A stretch of DNA of 62,975 nucleotides, counting the filler. It is 6 parts of 6 records of this genome, joined end to end, with 100 filler letters (N's around TTAATTAATTAA, not from the genome) between each part and the next. Parts side by side here need not be neighbours in the genome. Positions count along the whole stretch, not along the records: positions 39,738 to 50,320 come from SRR31156797_16710; positions 50,421 to 56,505 come from SRR31156797_16719; 4 more parts are not named here. One strand, written 5' to 3'. The notes under the pieces are model-generated. The model made no database searches and was not told where the DNA came from. It saw only the letters and a program-made list of their open reading frames with translations. Made by a program: the position numbers and the translations under genes. Below, piece by piece: positions 40,036 to 50,443 of the stretch. Every line of letters begins with the position of its first letter. The first letter of the stretch is position 1.

Positions 40036-40860
40036 ATGAGAGTTCTCAAAATCACCGTCATGGCAGCATTGCTGGTCATGGCAGCTTCCGTAGCTTTCGC
40101 AGGTCCGACCTACGATCGCGTTATGTCCACAAAGGTCGTCAAAGCCGGGCTGTCCAATCAGGGTATCCCCTTCGGCTTCATTGATGACAAGAACGAGTGG
40201 GTCGGTTTCGATGTCGATATGGCTGCTGAAATTGCCAAGCGTCTCGGCTGCAAGCTCGAAAAGACTGTTGTGAATAACAACACCCGTATTTCCTTTGTAC
40301 AGACCACACCGTCCAAGGTTGACATGGTTCTGGCAAACATGACCCACAAACGCGTACGCGACGAGAAGATTGATTTCTCCATCACCTACTTCTTCGACGG
40401 TCAGAAGTTCCTGGCCAAAAAAGGCACAGTCAAAGACGTCAAGGATCTGGCTAAGATGAAAGTCGGTTCCATGCAGGGTACTACCTCCATCGTCAACGTG
40501 ACTGCCTACCTGAAGTCTCTGGGCAACGCCAACCCCAAGGTCATCGGTTACGACGGTGAAGTCGCCATGTTCGAAGCCCTGCGCTCCGGTCGTGTACAGG
40601 CTATCTCCACTGATTCCACCTTGCTGCTCGGCTACGCTGCCAAGGTCCCCGGCCAGTTCGAACTGGTTGGCGACTTCATCTCTGACGAACCTTACGGCAT
40701 CGGCCTGCCCCAGGACGACTCTGCATGGCGCGACGCTGTCAACTTCGCCATTCAGGACATTTGGAAAGACGGTACCTACCAGAAGATCTACGACAAATGG
40801 TTCGGCCCGGATTCCAAGTACCCCTTCCCGCTGACTTCCAAGATCGAAATGTGGCCCTAA
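40036..40860 (+). CDS. Amino acid ABC transporter substrate-binding protein (family 3)
   Basis: Signal peptide AFA; PFGF, GFDVD, IDFSITYF, EPYGIG. Confidence 0.93.
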   Translation: MRVLKITVMAALLVMAASVAFAGPTYDRVMSTKVVKAGLSNQGIPFGFIDDKNEWVGFDVDMAAEIAKRLGCKLEKTVVNNNTRISFVQTTPSKVDMVLANMTHKRVRDEKIDFSITYFFDGQKFLAKKGTVKDVKDLAKMKVGSMQGTTSIVNVTAYLKSLGNANPKVIGYDGEVAMFEALRSGRVQAISTDSTLLLGYAAKVPGQFELVGDFISDEPYGIGLPQDDSAWRDAVNFAIQDIWKDGTYQKIYDKWFGPDSKYPFPLTSKIEMWP

Positions 40861-40931
40861 GCTGCGAGCTAAAGCCTAAAACGGGTCCCGGAGCACCTAA
40901 GCTTCGGGACCTTCTTCCTTAAAAGAGTACA

Positions 40932-42695
40932 ATGATAAAACGGTATTTCGAGAAAATCTGGGTCCAAAATCTTGCGCTGCTGACCATGGTCGGCGCGTTG
41001 ACCTATTACTTCGCCTTCATTTTCGAATTCAAATATGACTTTGACTGGGCTGTATTCTTCGTGGAAGGACAGTATGGTCACATGGGTCATCTCATGGTCA
41101 ACGGACTCAATTCGACCTTGACGATCACCCTCTATTCCGCTGTCATCGCTTTGGCATTCGGTACAATTTTCGGTCTGGCCAGACTATCCAGTTTCAAACC
41201 AGTCTACTGGCTGGCTACCTGCTATGTGGAACTGTTCCGCAACACCCCTCTGCTTATCCAGCTCTTTTTTTGGAACTTTGCACTCCCATACGCATTTCCT
41301 GAAGAAATTCGGTTCAAACTCTTTGAAATGGATTTCGAATTCTGGTGTGCCACCATCGGTTGCGGTATTTTCACTGGTGCTTTCATGGCAGAAATCATCC
41401 GCGCGGGAATACAATCCATTCCCAAAGGCTTGTTGGAAGCATCATACTCTTCCGGCCTCAGCTTCACCCAGACCCTGCGTAAGGTCATCCTGCCACTAGC
41501 CTTCCGTGAAATCATCCCGCCTCTGGGCAGCGAGTTTCTCAACAACATGAAGAACACTTCTCTGGCTATGACCATCGGTGTAACCGAATTATTCTGGTCT
41601 ATGCAGGAGGTGCTCTCGCTCACATACCGTACTTTTGAATCATTCATAGTAGCCACGGCTATCTATCTGCTACTTTCCCTGATCATCGCCTGCTTCATGA
41701 ACATCGTGAACGAAAAGTTAAAGATCATGCCACGCGACAGGATAACCGTACTTCGCAGAATCGCAGACACGCTCTTCCTGCCTGTAGACGTTATTGGCAA
41801 TGGTTTGGAATACATATTCTGGTATCTCAGAAAATCTCCTGAACAAAAAACAGTGTCCCCGATCGCCCGGATTTTCAAATCATCCATAAAGACCCTCATT
41901 TTGGGAGCCAAAATCCTATTTGTCGCGGCTTTGGGATATTTATTCTACGTGCTCGGCACCGCCCTCATGAATTTCAATTACGAAATTATCTGGGCCAACC
42001 TACCGGCATTGCTCATCTGGCGATTCCCTGATGGAGACAGTTCCGAGTTCTTCATGGGGCTGGGAGGCCTATCAGGTTCCCTGCTGATGGCGATTATTTC
42101 AATTACAGGCAGTTTCTTCATCGGACTAATTATTGGCATGGGGCGTACGGCTAAAAACAACGCCATTAAAATCCCTTGCACGCTTTACATTGAATTGGTC
42201 CGTGGTGTCCCGCTTGTTCTGGTCATCCTCTGGTTCTATCAGGTCATTCTCGACTTCGTCTTCAAGCTTGAAATCCACGCCTTCTGGGCGGGTACCATCG
42301 CACTGACATTCTTCTTCGGTGCATATATCGCCGAAACAGTCCGTGGTGGTATTGAAAACATCCCTCTCGGTCAGGTGGAAGCAGCCAAGGCGTCAGGTCT
42401 CAGCTATTTCCAAACCATGCGAAAGATCGTCCTGCCTCAGGCACTCAAGCAGATGCTTCCGGCCCTTGTCGGCATGTTCATTGCGGCCTTCAAGGACACG
42501 GCTCTGGTGTACATCATCGGCGTCATGGACCTGACCCGTGCAGCTTATGCCGTCAACAACCGGACAATGATCTATCCTTTTGAAATCTACACAACGGTTA
42601 TCGTGCTGTACTTCATATTCAGCTACGTCATGAGCCTGTATGCAAAACGGTTGGAAAGAAAACTCAGCCCGGAAAACGTCCGCATTTCAATGTAG
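40932..42695 (+). CDS. Amino acid ABC transporter permease with two fused permease domains
   Basis: Two copies of the RNTP/RGVP and EAA loop motifs (AEIIRAGIQSIPKG; AETVRGGIENIPLG). Confidence 0.92.
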   Translation: MIKRYFEKIWVQNLALLTMVGALTYYFAFIFEFKYDFDWAVFFVEGQYGHMGHLMVNGLNSTLTITLYSAVIALAFGTIFGLARLSSFKPVYWLATCYVELFRNTPLLIQLFFWNFALPYAFPEEIRFKLFEMDFEFWCATIGCGIFTGAFMAEIIRAGIQSIPKGLLEASYSSGLSFTQTLRKVILPLAFREIIPPLGSEFLNNMKNTSLAMTIGVTELFWSMQEVLSLTYRTFESFIVATAIYLLLSLIIACFMNIVNEKLKIMPRDRITVLRRIADTLFLPVDVIGNGLEYIFWYLRKSPEQKTVSPIARIFKSSIKTLILGAKILFVAALGYLFYVLGTALMNFNYEIIWANLPALLIWRFPDGDSSEFFMGLGGLSGSLLMAIISITGSFFIGLIIGMGRTAKNNAIKIPCTLYIELVRGVPLVLVILWFYQVILDFVFKLEIHAFWAGTIALTFFFGAYIAETVRGGIENIPLGQVEAAKASGLSYFQTMRKIVLPQALKQMLPALVGMFIAAFKDTALVYIIGVMDLTRAAYAVNNRTMIYPFEIYTTVIVLYFIFSYVMSLYAKRLERKLSPENVRISM

Positions 42696-42717
42696 ACCCA
42701 TCATCCAAATCACACAC

Positions 42718-42749
42718 AAAGGGGAAGCACATTGCTTCCCCTTTTTTTT
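42718..42749 (+). terminator. Intrinsic terminator
   Basis: AAAGGGGAAGCA-cat-TGCTTCCCCTTT + TTTTT. Confidence 0.85.
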
Positions 42750-42924
42750 ATGATTTGAACACAGACAAAAGCCTATAAAAGAAAGGACCGTGCGCATGTG
42801 TGCAAAAAACGTACGCAGTCTCAAAGCTCCATAACTAAAACAACTATCATTATAGATGGTTAAGAAACGGCACACCTCTTGCGAATACAACAGCGTCGAT
42901 GATTACAAACCGCTGGAGGAACGC

Positions 42925-43320
42925 ATGTACCGCTTTATCATGATCGTAACGACACTCTGTGTCCTGGCCCTGGCCCCCACCGTGGGGCTTGCTGCAACCG
43001 AAGCTCCCGGAGACCTGAAACTTGGACCGCCAGAAAGTATAAAGACAACCAAGACACTGGTTGATTTTTCTCATGCCAAGCATGATGCAGCCAAGATCGA
43101 CTGTGCGAGCTGCCACCACACATGGGATGGTACGAGCGACATTCAGTCCTGTGCCACTCCCGGATGTCACGATCAACCCGGCAAGAAGGGCGTAACCGCT
43201 TTTTACACAGCCTTCCACGCCAAGAAGTCGGACAAGAGCTGTCTCGGCTGCCACAAGATCGTGAAGAAGCGTGACGGCAAGCCTGTTCCGGTCAGTTGCA
43301 AGTCTTGTCACCCAAAGTAA
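42925..43320 (+). CDS. Tetraheme cytochrome c3 (class III)
   Basis: GGAGG RBS before ATG 42925; signal peptide; FSHAKH; CASCHH, CATPGCH, CLGCH, CKSCH. Confidence 0.93.
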   Translation: MYRFIMIVTTLCVLALAPTVGLAATEAPGDLKLGPPESIKTTKTLVDFSHAKHDAAKIDCASCHHTWDGTSDIQSCATPGCHDQPGKKGVTAFYTAFHAKKSDKSCLGCHKIVKKRDGKPVPVSCKSCHPK

Positions 43321-43352
43321 ACAAAACCATACCCCCTTCACCTCCCCTAAAT

Positions 43353-43382
43353 GAAAAGGCCCGCTCATTTGCGGGCCTTTTC
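43353..43382. terminator. Bidirectional terminator
   Basis: GAAAAGGCCCGC-tcattt-GCGGGCCTTTTC between convergent genes. Confidence 0.85.
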
Positions 43383-43411
43383 TATAAATATTAAAATTAA
43401 AATTAATAAAA

Positions 43412-45586
43412 TCAGGAAACGCGCAAAGCCTCTTGCACGGCCTTGAGTTTTTTGACCTGAGCCAATGCGGAATACAATTGATTGAGGTCTTTGACTTCCA
43501 CTGTAAAATGCAATTTGGACGTACCGTCAACATTGGATTCAAAACTCCCGGAATCAATATTGACTTCCATTTCAGCCAGCATAGAACAAATCTTGCCAAG
43601 CATACCGGGCTTATTGAGACACTTGACCTTGATCTTGGCCGGATAAGGCTTCTCTTCAACACCTTCCCACGTGACCTGCAATAACCGCTCATCTTCAAAA
43701 TTCTTGACGTTATGGCAGTCGATGCGATGTACAGTCACACCGCGGCCTCGGGTAATGTAGCCAATAATAGGTTCACCCGGTAGGGGCGTGCAACAACTGG
43801 CAAAACGAACAAGTACATTGTCCACACCAGAAATCTGTAAGCCATCCGTCTTGGGTTTCTTCTTGCCTTCGTCTTCGGTAGCTTTCTTGACCTTACGCTC
43901 ATCCAGCGTCTCACCGTGCATAAGCGCGTACAAACGCTTTATAACCTTGCGGGGTGTAAACCGAGAAAAGCCGACCTGACTTAAAAGATCATCCACACTT
44001 CCACAATTGAATTCCTCGGCCAGCTTAAGGAATTCACCGTCCTTCATCGCCTTCTGCACATTAATGCCGACGCGACGACCTTCCTTCTCAAGTAATTCCT
44101 TGGCAAGAGCTATGGACCGTTCGCGCTCAACAGTACGGATATATTGCTTGATACGGGTCCGCGCCTTGGCGGTCTTGACGAACTTCAACCAATCGCGGCT
44201 CGGCATTCGGTTCTTGTCTGTGATAACCTCAACGGAATCACCATTCTTGAGCGTGGTATGTAATGGTACAATGCGTCCATTAATCTTGGCTCCGGCACAC
44301 TTGTCGCCCACTTCCGAGTGAATGGCATACGCGAAATCCACAGGCGTGGCCCCATCCGGCAACTCCTTAATGTCACCGTTAGGCGTAAAAACGTAGACTT
44401 CTTCCTGAAACATTTCCAAACGCAGAGAAGACATGAACTCACGAGGATCAGAAAGCTCTCGTTGCCAATCCATAATCTGCTTGAGCCAGGTATATCGCTC
44501 CGCATCACGAGTGCCGGTAGCCTTACCCTTTTTGATGCCCTTACCCACTTCCTTGTATTGCCAGTGAGCAGCCACACCATATTCAGCAATCTGGTTCATC
44601 TCCTCAGTACGAATCTGAAACTCGATTCGCTCACCGTCCGGCCCGATGACCGTGGAGTGAAGCGACTGGTACATATTCGCCTTGGGAATAGAAATATAAT
44701 CTTTAAACCGCCCGGCAACAGGCCGCCACACCGCGTGAATCAATCCAAGAACGGCATAACAGTCTTTCAAGGACTTCAGAATGATACGAAATGCGATCAG
44801 GTCGTAGATTTCATCAAAAGTCAATCCCTGCTGTTCCATTTTTACATGAATGGAGTGCAGATGCTTTGTCCGACCGTTAACCATGCCCTTCATCTTGTTC
44901 TTTTTGAGCATCTCATTGATCAGTCCGATGACTTTCTCAATATATGGTTCACCGGCAGCCCGATGTTCAGACACGGCTTCACTCAACTGAGAAAAAACAT
45001 CCGGCTTAAGATACCGCAAACACAAGTCTTCCAACTCTGTCTTGACCCGGTGCAACCCCAGACGGTTGGCGAGTGGTGCGTAAATATCCTGTGTTTCCTG
45101 AGCAATAAGCCGCTGCTTGACCGGCTTCATGAACTCCAAGGTACGCATGTTGTGCAGTCTGTCAGCCAATTTAACCATGAGCACGCGAATATCTTCGGCC
45201 ATGGCAAGAATAAGCTTACGAATATTCTCTGCCTGTTGAACGGCTTTAGACTCAAAGTCCATCTTGCTGATCTTGGTCACGCCATCAACAATGTCAGCAA
45301 CATCCGCACCGAACAGATCTTCAATTTCATCGACCGTAGTATCGGTATCCTCAACGGTATCATGCAAAAGCCCGGCGGCTACCGTGGCTTCATCAAGTTG
45401 CATGTCGGCCAACAAATTGGCCACATTCATGGGATGGGATATATACGGTTCCCCGGAACGGCGCACCACACCGTCATGGGCCTGCGCGGAAAAGACATAC
45501 GCCCGCTGAATCAAATCCAAGTCTGGATTATCAATGTATGAGGCCACCTTGTCGGTGATCTGGTTGATGCGAATCATATCAATCAA
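43412..45586 (-). CDS. relA: Bifunctional (p)ppGpp synthetase/hydrolase (RelA/SpoT)
   Basis: Intact HD hydrolase (LHDTVEDT), RFKDYI, YQSLH, EFQIRT, TGS and ACT domains. Confidence 0.95.
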   Translation of the reverse strand: MIDMIRINQITDKVASYIDNPDLDLIQRAYVFSAQAHDGVVRRSGEPYISHPMNVANLLADMQLDEATVAAGLLHDTVEDTDTTVDEIEDLFGADVADIVDGVTKISKMDFESKAVQQAENIRKLILAMAEDIRVLMVKLADRLHNMRTLEFMKPVKQRLIAQETQDIYAPLANRLGLHRVKTELEDLCLRYLKPDVFSQLSEAVSEHRAAGEPYIEKVIGLINEMLKKNKMKGMVNGRTKHLHSIHVKMEQQGLTFDEIYDLIAFRIILKSLKDCYAVLGLIHAVWRPVAGRFKDYISIPKANMYQSLHSTVIGPDGERIEFQIRTEEMNQIAEYGVAAHWQYKEVGKGIKKGKATGTRDAERYTWLKQIMDWQRELSDPREFMSSLRLEMFQEEVYVFTPNGDIKELPDGATPVDFAYAIHSEVGDKCAGAKINGRIVPLHTTLKNGDSVEVITDKNRMPSRDWLKFVKTAKARTRIKQYIRTVERERSIALAKELLEKEGRRVGINVQKAMKDGEFLKLAEEFNCGSVDDLLSQVGFSRFTPRKVIKRLYALMHGETLDERKVKKATEDEGKKKPKTDGLQISGVDNVLVRFASCCTPLPGEPIIGYITRGRGVTVHRIDCHNVKNFEDERLLQVTWEGVEEKPYPAKIKVKCLNKPGMLGKICSMLAEMEVNIDSGSFESNVDGTSKLHFTVEVKDLNQLYSALAQVKKLKAVQEALRVS

Positions 45587-45592
45587 TACTTC

Positions 45593-47230
45593 CTAGGGCT
45601 GTCGCTGCAAAGACCGGGGTATCCACCACTTCTCGAAATTGTAGGATATTCCGGCCGGAGCCGCTTTTATATTCTGCACCCGCGCTTGAACAATAGGCAG
45701 GGACTTGGGAACATACAAAAAACAATACGGCACTTCGTCAAACAATATCTGCTGGACCCTATCATAAATGGGCTTACGATCTTCCTGTTTCACAAGATGC
45801 CTGCCACGTTCCAACAATTCATCCAATTCAGGATTAGTATATCGGGTAAAATTCAATCCACCGTCAACGGCCATACTCGAATGCCAGACATTATAGATAT
45901 CAGGGTCTTGTAAAATATTCCATCCCAAAATAATCGCATCAAAACGCCCTTTATCCACAAATTCCTTAATAAAAGCGGCCCATTCAACAGTACGTAGATC
46001 AACTTCAATTCCTATATCCTTGAGCCGCTGCTGAATGATCACCCCGCATTTGATGCGCTGGGTATTTCCTTGATTGGTAATGATGGAAAAAGAAAACGGC
46101 ACCCCGTCCTTATCGAGCAAACCATCTCCGTCAGAATCAGTCCATCCGGCTTCAGCCATAAGTTGCCGCGACTTGGCAAGATCATGCTTTCTGGGTTTAA
46201 TAGAGTCATTATACTGCCAGGTACCGGGTTTATATGGACCATTGGCAGGTTCTCCGAGTCCAAAAAGAACTCCCTTGACTATTTCACGACGATCAATGGC
46301 AAAATCAATGGCTTTACGAACCCGAACATCTTTAAAGAACGGATGTTTGTAATTGAATCCAAGAAAAGAATAACCAAAAGACAAATAATCAAACTTATTA
46401 AAACTGCCATCCCACCCCGGTCCTGAAGTTTGATAAAGATACTGCAGCGGAGTTAAATCCATTGCATCCAGATTTCCGGCCTTAAGTTCCAAAAACTGCG
46501 TACCCATGTCTGGGATGATGCGATACACGACTTTATCAATCCGGGGCTTCCCTTCGAAGAAATTCGGGTTTGCTTCCAGAACAAGCTGACTCCCCGGCAC
46601 CCACTCTTTAAGTATATAAGGCCCCGCTCCAACCGGCTCACGACTATACTTCGTATGAAGAAGATCCTCTCCCTCCAAAAGGTGCTTAGGCATGATATCC
46701 ATGGCCCACGTCACCAACGCCTTTGCAAAAGGCTGATCATACTCCACTTCAAATGAAAATTTCCCTGTTCGACGAAACGCTTTGACCAATTTAAAATTTC
46801 CGGCATAAGCCGTAGGCGTTTTGGGATCAATCATCATTTTATAGGTGAATTCAACGTCTTCAGCCGTCAACTGAACACCATCGACCCAAAAAATATCCTC
46901 GCGCACTTTAAACTTAAGTAACGTACCGCCATTCAACACTTCATAAGATTCTGCGGCGTAGGGTACTAGATTGATATCTTTGTCATACTTAAGCAAACTG
47001 ACATAAATTTGTGTAGCCACAGAATGAGAGGCACTGTCCGAAGACAGCGCAGCAATCAAATTACTTGGTTCGCCAATCATAGACTCGACGATGGTCCCGC
47101 CTTCTTCCGGCAAAGCAGGGATATCCTGAGGAGCAACTGGTTTGACAGGAGTCGCAGGTCCGCCACTTTCGGAACACCCTGCAACAAGAATCAGGCACAA
47201 GATAAAGACAAACAGATTAGAGCGTCTCAT
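45593..47230 (-). CDS. Peptide ABC transporter substrate-binding lipoprotein (family 5)
   Basis: VAGC lipobox; DGVQLTAEDVEFT, PVGAGPY, DVRVRKAI; ATG 47230 preceded by AAGGA. Confidence 0.92.
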   Translation of the reverse strand: MRRSNLFVFILCLILVAGCSESGGPATPVKPVAPQDIPALPEEGGTIVESMIGEPSNLIAALSSDSASHSVATQIYVSLLKYDKDINLVPYAAESYEVLNGGTLLKFKVREDIFWVDGVQLTAEDVEFTYKMMIDPKTPTAYAGNFKLVKAFRRTGKFSFEVEYDQPFAKALVTWAMDIMPKHLLEGEDLLHTKYSREPVGAGPYILKEWVPGSQLVLEANPNFFEGKPRIDKVVYRIIPDMGTQFLELKAGNLDAMDLTPLQYLYQTSGPGWDGSFNKFDYLSFGYSFLGFNYKHPFFKDVRVRKAIDFAIDRREIVKGVLFGLGEPANGPYKPGTWQYNDSIKPRKHDLAKSRQLMAEAGWTDSDGDGLLDKDGVPFSFSIITNQGNTQRIKCGVIIQQRLKDIGIEVDLRTVEWAAFIKEFVDKGRFDAIILGWNILQDPDIYNVWHSSMAVDGGLNFTRYTNPELDELLERGRHLVKQEDRKPIYDRVQQILFDEVPYCFLYVPKSLPIVQARVQNIKAAPAGISYNFEKWWIPRSLQRQP

Positions 47231-47428
47231 TTTTCCTTGCAAAACTAAGAGGGTTGGATCATATAATGGTACGAGCGTGGCATGGTGCGGTTAGTATGGC
47301 CCAATGATCTTGAAAAGCCAAGAGGTCAGAATGCCTCTGGTGAAATATATCACACTTGCCCATTGTAATATATATATGTAAATAGGCCTGTCCTGTTTCA
47401 TGGAAACCAACATTTTCACGAGTTTTGA

Positions 47429-50320
47429 ATGAGTACCGGCGAAGAACACATAGTAAAATCCATATTGCAGAATTTTCTGGGCGACAGCGTCCCGGATTAT
47501 ATTCTGGAGAGTGCACAAGGCATTGTTGCTGACGGTGGAGTTAAGAAACTCGACCTCAAGAAACGTGACCAGTATTGGGATGTTGACGGGCAGGTTGAAG
47601 GAGACGATTTTCAGAATTACACTTCTGAAGTCGGATTGAACCTCGTTGACAAGACCATCAATTATTACTGCAACTGCCCGGATTCCTTTTCCGGTGTCTG
47701 TCGTCATGTCACGGCAACGGCCCTCAAGCTTAAAAAATCTCTTGATACGGATTCCAGCGAAGAAATGCCCATTCCACGAACGGATTGGCGTCAGACATTT
47801 CGCCCATTCTTTGCGACCGAGCTTGAGCCGGAAGCAGGCCGTCATTACATTATTTATCGGATATACCCCGAACCAGGCCGCCTTCAGGTTGCTTTTTTTC
47901 GGGCACGACAAAACAAATCCGGCATTTCCCAAGTACAAAATGAAATCACATTAACCCAGATTGTTGAAAATCCTGATTGGTGCGATACAACCCCGGCCCT
48001 GCCCGGTGTTGCAGAACAGATCGGGCATTATCTCGATTACTGGGGGCATAAAGTTGAAATCCCGGCGGGCCTGCATTCATGGTTCTTCCGAGCGGTTAAA
48101 GGCGAATATTATCTGTATTTGCGTGAAAGCGACAAGCCTGTGACCATCGAATCAAAGACCATGCAGCTCAAGCTGTCCCCTGCTTTGAGCGAAGATGGCC
48201 TGGATTTCGACATCTTGTTGGCGCGCGAAGATACCCTTCCCTTCCCTATTACTGATGAGGAAGAAATATATTTCTACGGCAGACTTCCACTCTGGGTTTA
48301 TTATAAAAATTCATTCTATCCTGTTCAGACCGGGCTTGATCCAAAGCTGGTCCAATCCATGGTAGAAAAGAAACCCATTGTTCCCCATGCCGATGTTTCG
48401 GAATTTCTTGATAGGGTTTGGACACAAATTCCCGTCTCTGATCTCTATGGTCAGGAAGACTTCCTTGAACGTATCGGTCCTATCTTTCAAGATGCGGATT
48501 ACAATCCCAAGCTGTACCTTGATGAAGAAGGCAGCCTGCTCGTTCTCAAGATTCAGAACATCTACGAAAACGAACACGGCGAACACGTCATGGCCGGTCC
48601 CAACCCGGACCTTCAAACAGGCAGTTACCATGATGGCGGCAAGTCCTATCTCATCCGACGTGCTCAGGACGAAGAAGCCCGTCTCTTTGCCGAACTACAG
48701 GCAATGAATTTCCAGCCCAGAAACAACCAAATCTGGTTTATGGAGCAAGAAGAAGCGATCACCTTCCTGCTCGATTTCTACCCACAACTGGTTGAAGCCT
48801 ACCGGGTATACGGTGAGCAAAACCTGACCCGCTACAAAGTGCGCACAACACAGCCGCAAGTCGTGGCAGAAGTAGAAACTGACGAGGAAGAAAAATGGTT
48901 CAACCTCGAACTGTCCGTAGAATACGACGACCAGCGCGTACCGATCGAAGTGATTTGGGAAGCGTGGACCAAGGGCAAGCGATATGTCCAACTCAAGGAC
49001 GGCTCGTACACCAGTCTGCCGGAATCCTGGCTCAACAAACTGGGCCACAAGCTCAAAGCCCTTGGTTTTGACCCGGAAAAGGCTCCCAAGCAGCAGTTCA
49101 ACCAGTTTGAAGCCCCGGTACTCGAAAAGATTCTGGAAGACCTGCCGCAGGCCCAGACCGATGAGTTTTTCGTCAAACTCAAAGAGAAGATCAATAATTT
49201 TGATGAAATCAAGATGATTGAGCAGCCCAAAGCTTTACAGGCCACACTCAGGCCGTATCAGGCTCAGGGGCTCAGCTACATGAACTTCCTGCGCGAGTAT
49301 GGATTCGGTGGAATTTTGGCGGATGAAATGGGCCTTGGTAAGACCATCCAGACCTTGTCCTATCTCCAATCATTGACAGACAGAGGCATCGACGGTCCAA
49401 ACCTGATCATCGTGCCGACATCTGTTTTGCCCAACTGGGAAAGAGAAGCACAGAAATTCGTCCCGAATCTCAAGCGTCTGACTATTTACGGCGCAAAACG
49501 TGAAGGCCTGTTCCAGCATATCAAGGATTCGCAACTGGTCATCACCACGTATGCCCTGCTGCGACGCGATCTTGACGAACTGCTCAAGTACGAATACGTC
49601 AGCGTCATTCTTGACGAAGCACAAAACATCAAAAATCCCAACACGATCACGGCCCGCTCCGTACGCAAACTCGAAGCAGGCCTGCGCGTCTGTCTGTCGG
49701 GTACGCCTATCGAAAACAACCTATTCGAATTGTGGTCCCTGTTTGAATTTCTCATGCCCGGATTCCTCGGTTCGCAGCATTCTTTCCAGCGTGGCATCGT
49801 CAAACCCATCAAAGATGGCGACGAAGAAACTCTGGACTACCTGCGCACTCGCGTGAAGCCATTCATTTTGCGGCGTACCAAGGCTGAAGTTGCCAAGGAT
49901 CTGCCGCCCAAAATCGAGACAACGCACTATTGCGAACTCGTGGATGAACAGCGCGATCTCTACAACGCCCTGGCTAAAAAGCTCAAGGATCAGGTCCTCC
50001 GGGACGTCGAAGAGAAAGGCATGGCCAAGAGCCAAATGTCCATTCTTGATGCCCTGCTCAAGCTCCGCCAGATATGTTGTCACCCGCGTTTACTTAAGCT
50101 CGACATCCCCGGCGTTTCCACCAATCTGCCTTCCGGCAAATTTGACGCCTTCAAGGATCTGGTTGTGGATATCATCGAAGGCGGTCACAAGGTGCTCGTA
50201 TTCTCCCAGTTCGTGCAGATGCTTCATGTCATCCGCAACTGGTTGCAAATTCGTGAGATCCCCTTCGCTTATTTGGATGGTTCCTCCAAGGACCGTTTCG
50301 AGCAGGTGGACAAATTCAAC
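47429..50320 (+). CDS. SWIM-domain SNF2-family helicase (3' partial)
   Basis: CNC..CRH SWIM; LRPYQ, GILADEMGLGKT, DEAQ, SGTPIEN, RRTK, LRQICCHP. Confidence 0.93.
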
Positions 50321-50420
50321 NNNNNNNNNNNNNNNNNNNNNNNNNNNNNNNNNNNNNNNNNNNNTTAATTAATTAANNNNNNNNNNNNNNNNNNNNNNNN
50401 NNNNNNNNNNNNNNNNNNNN
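50321..50420. other. Artificial contig spacer
   Basis: N-run with TTAATTAATTAA. Confidence 0.98.
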
Positions 50421-50443
50421 AGGTTGGGCACATGAACAGGAAC

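Noticed and set aside
42850-43698. 282-aa minus-strand ORF
   Set aside because: Overlaps relA in another frame and is antisense to cytochrome c3; crosses a bidirectional terminator
44318-45541. 407-aa plus-strand ORF
   Set aside because: Antisense shadow of relA; no recognisable motifs
47291-47938. 215-aa minus-strand ORF
   Set aside because: Antisense to the SWIM-SNF2 helicase; no domain features
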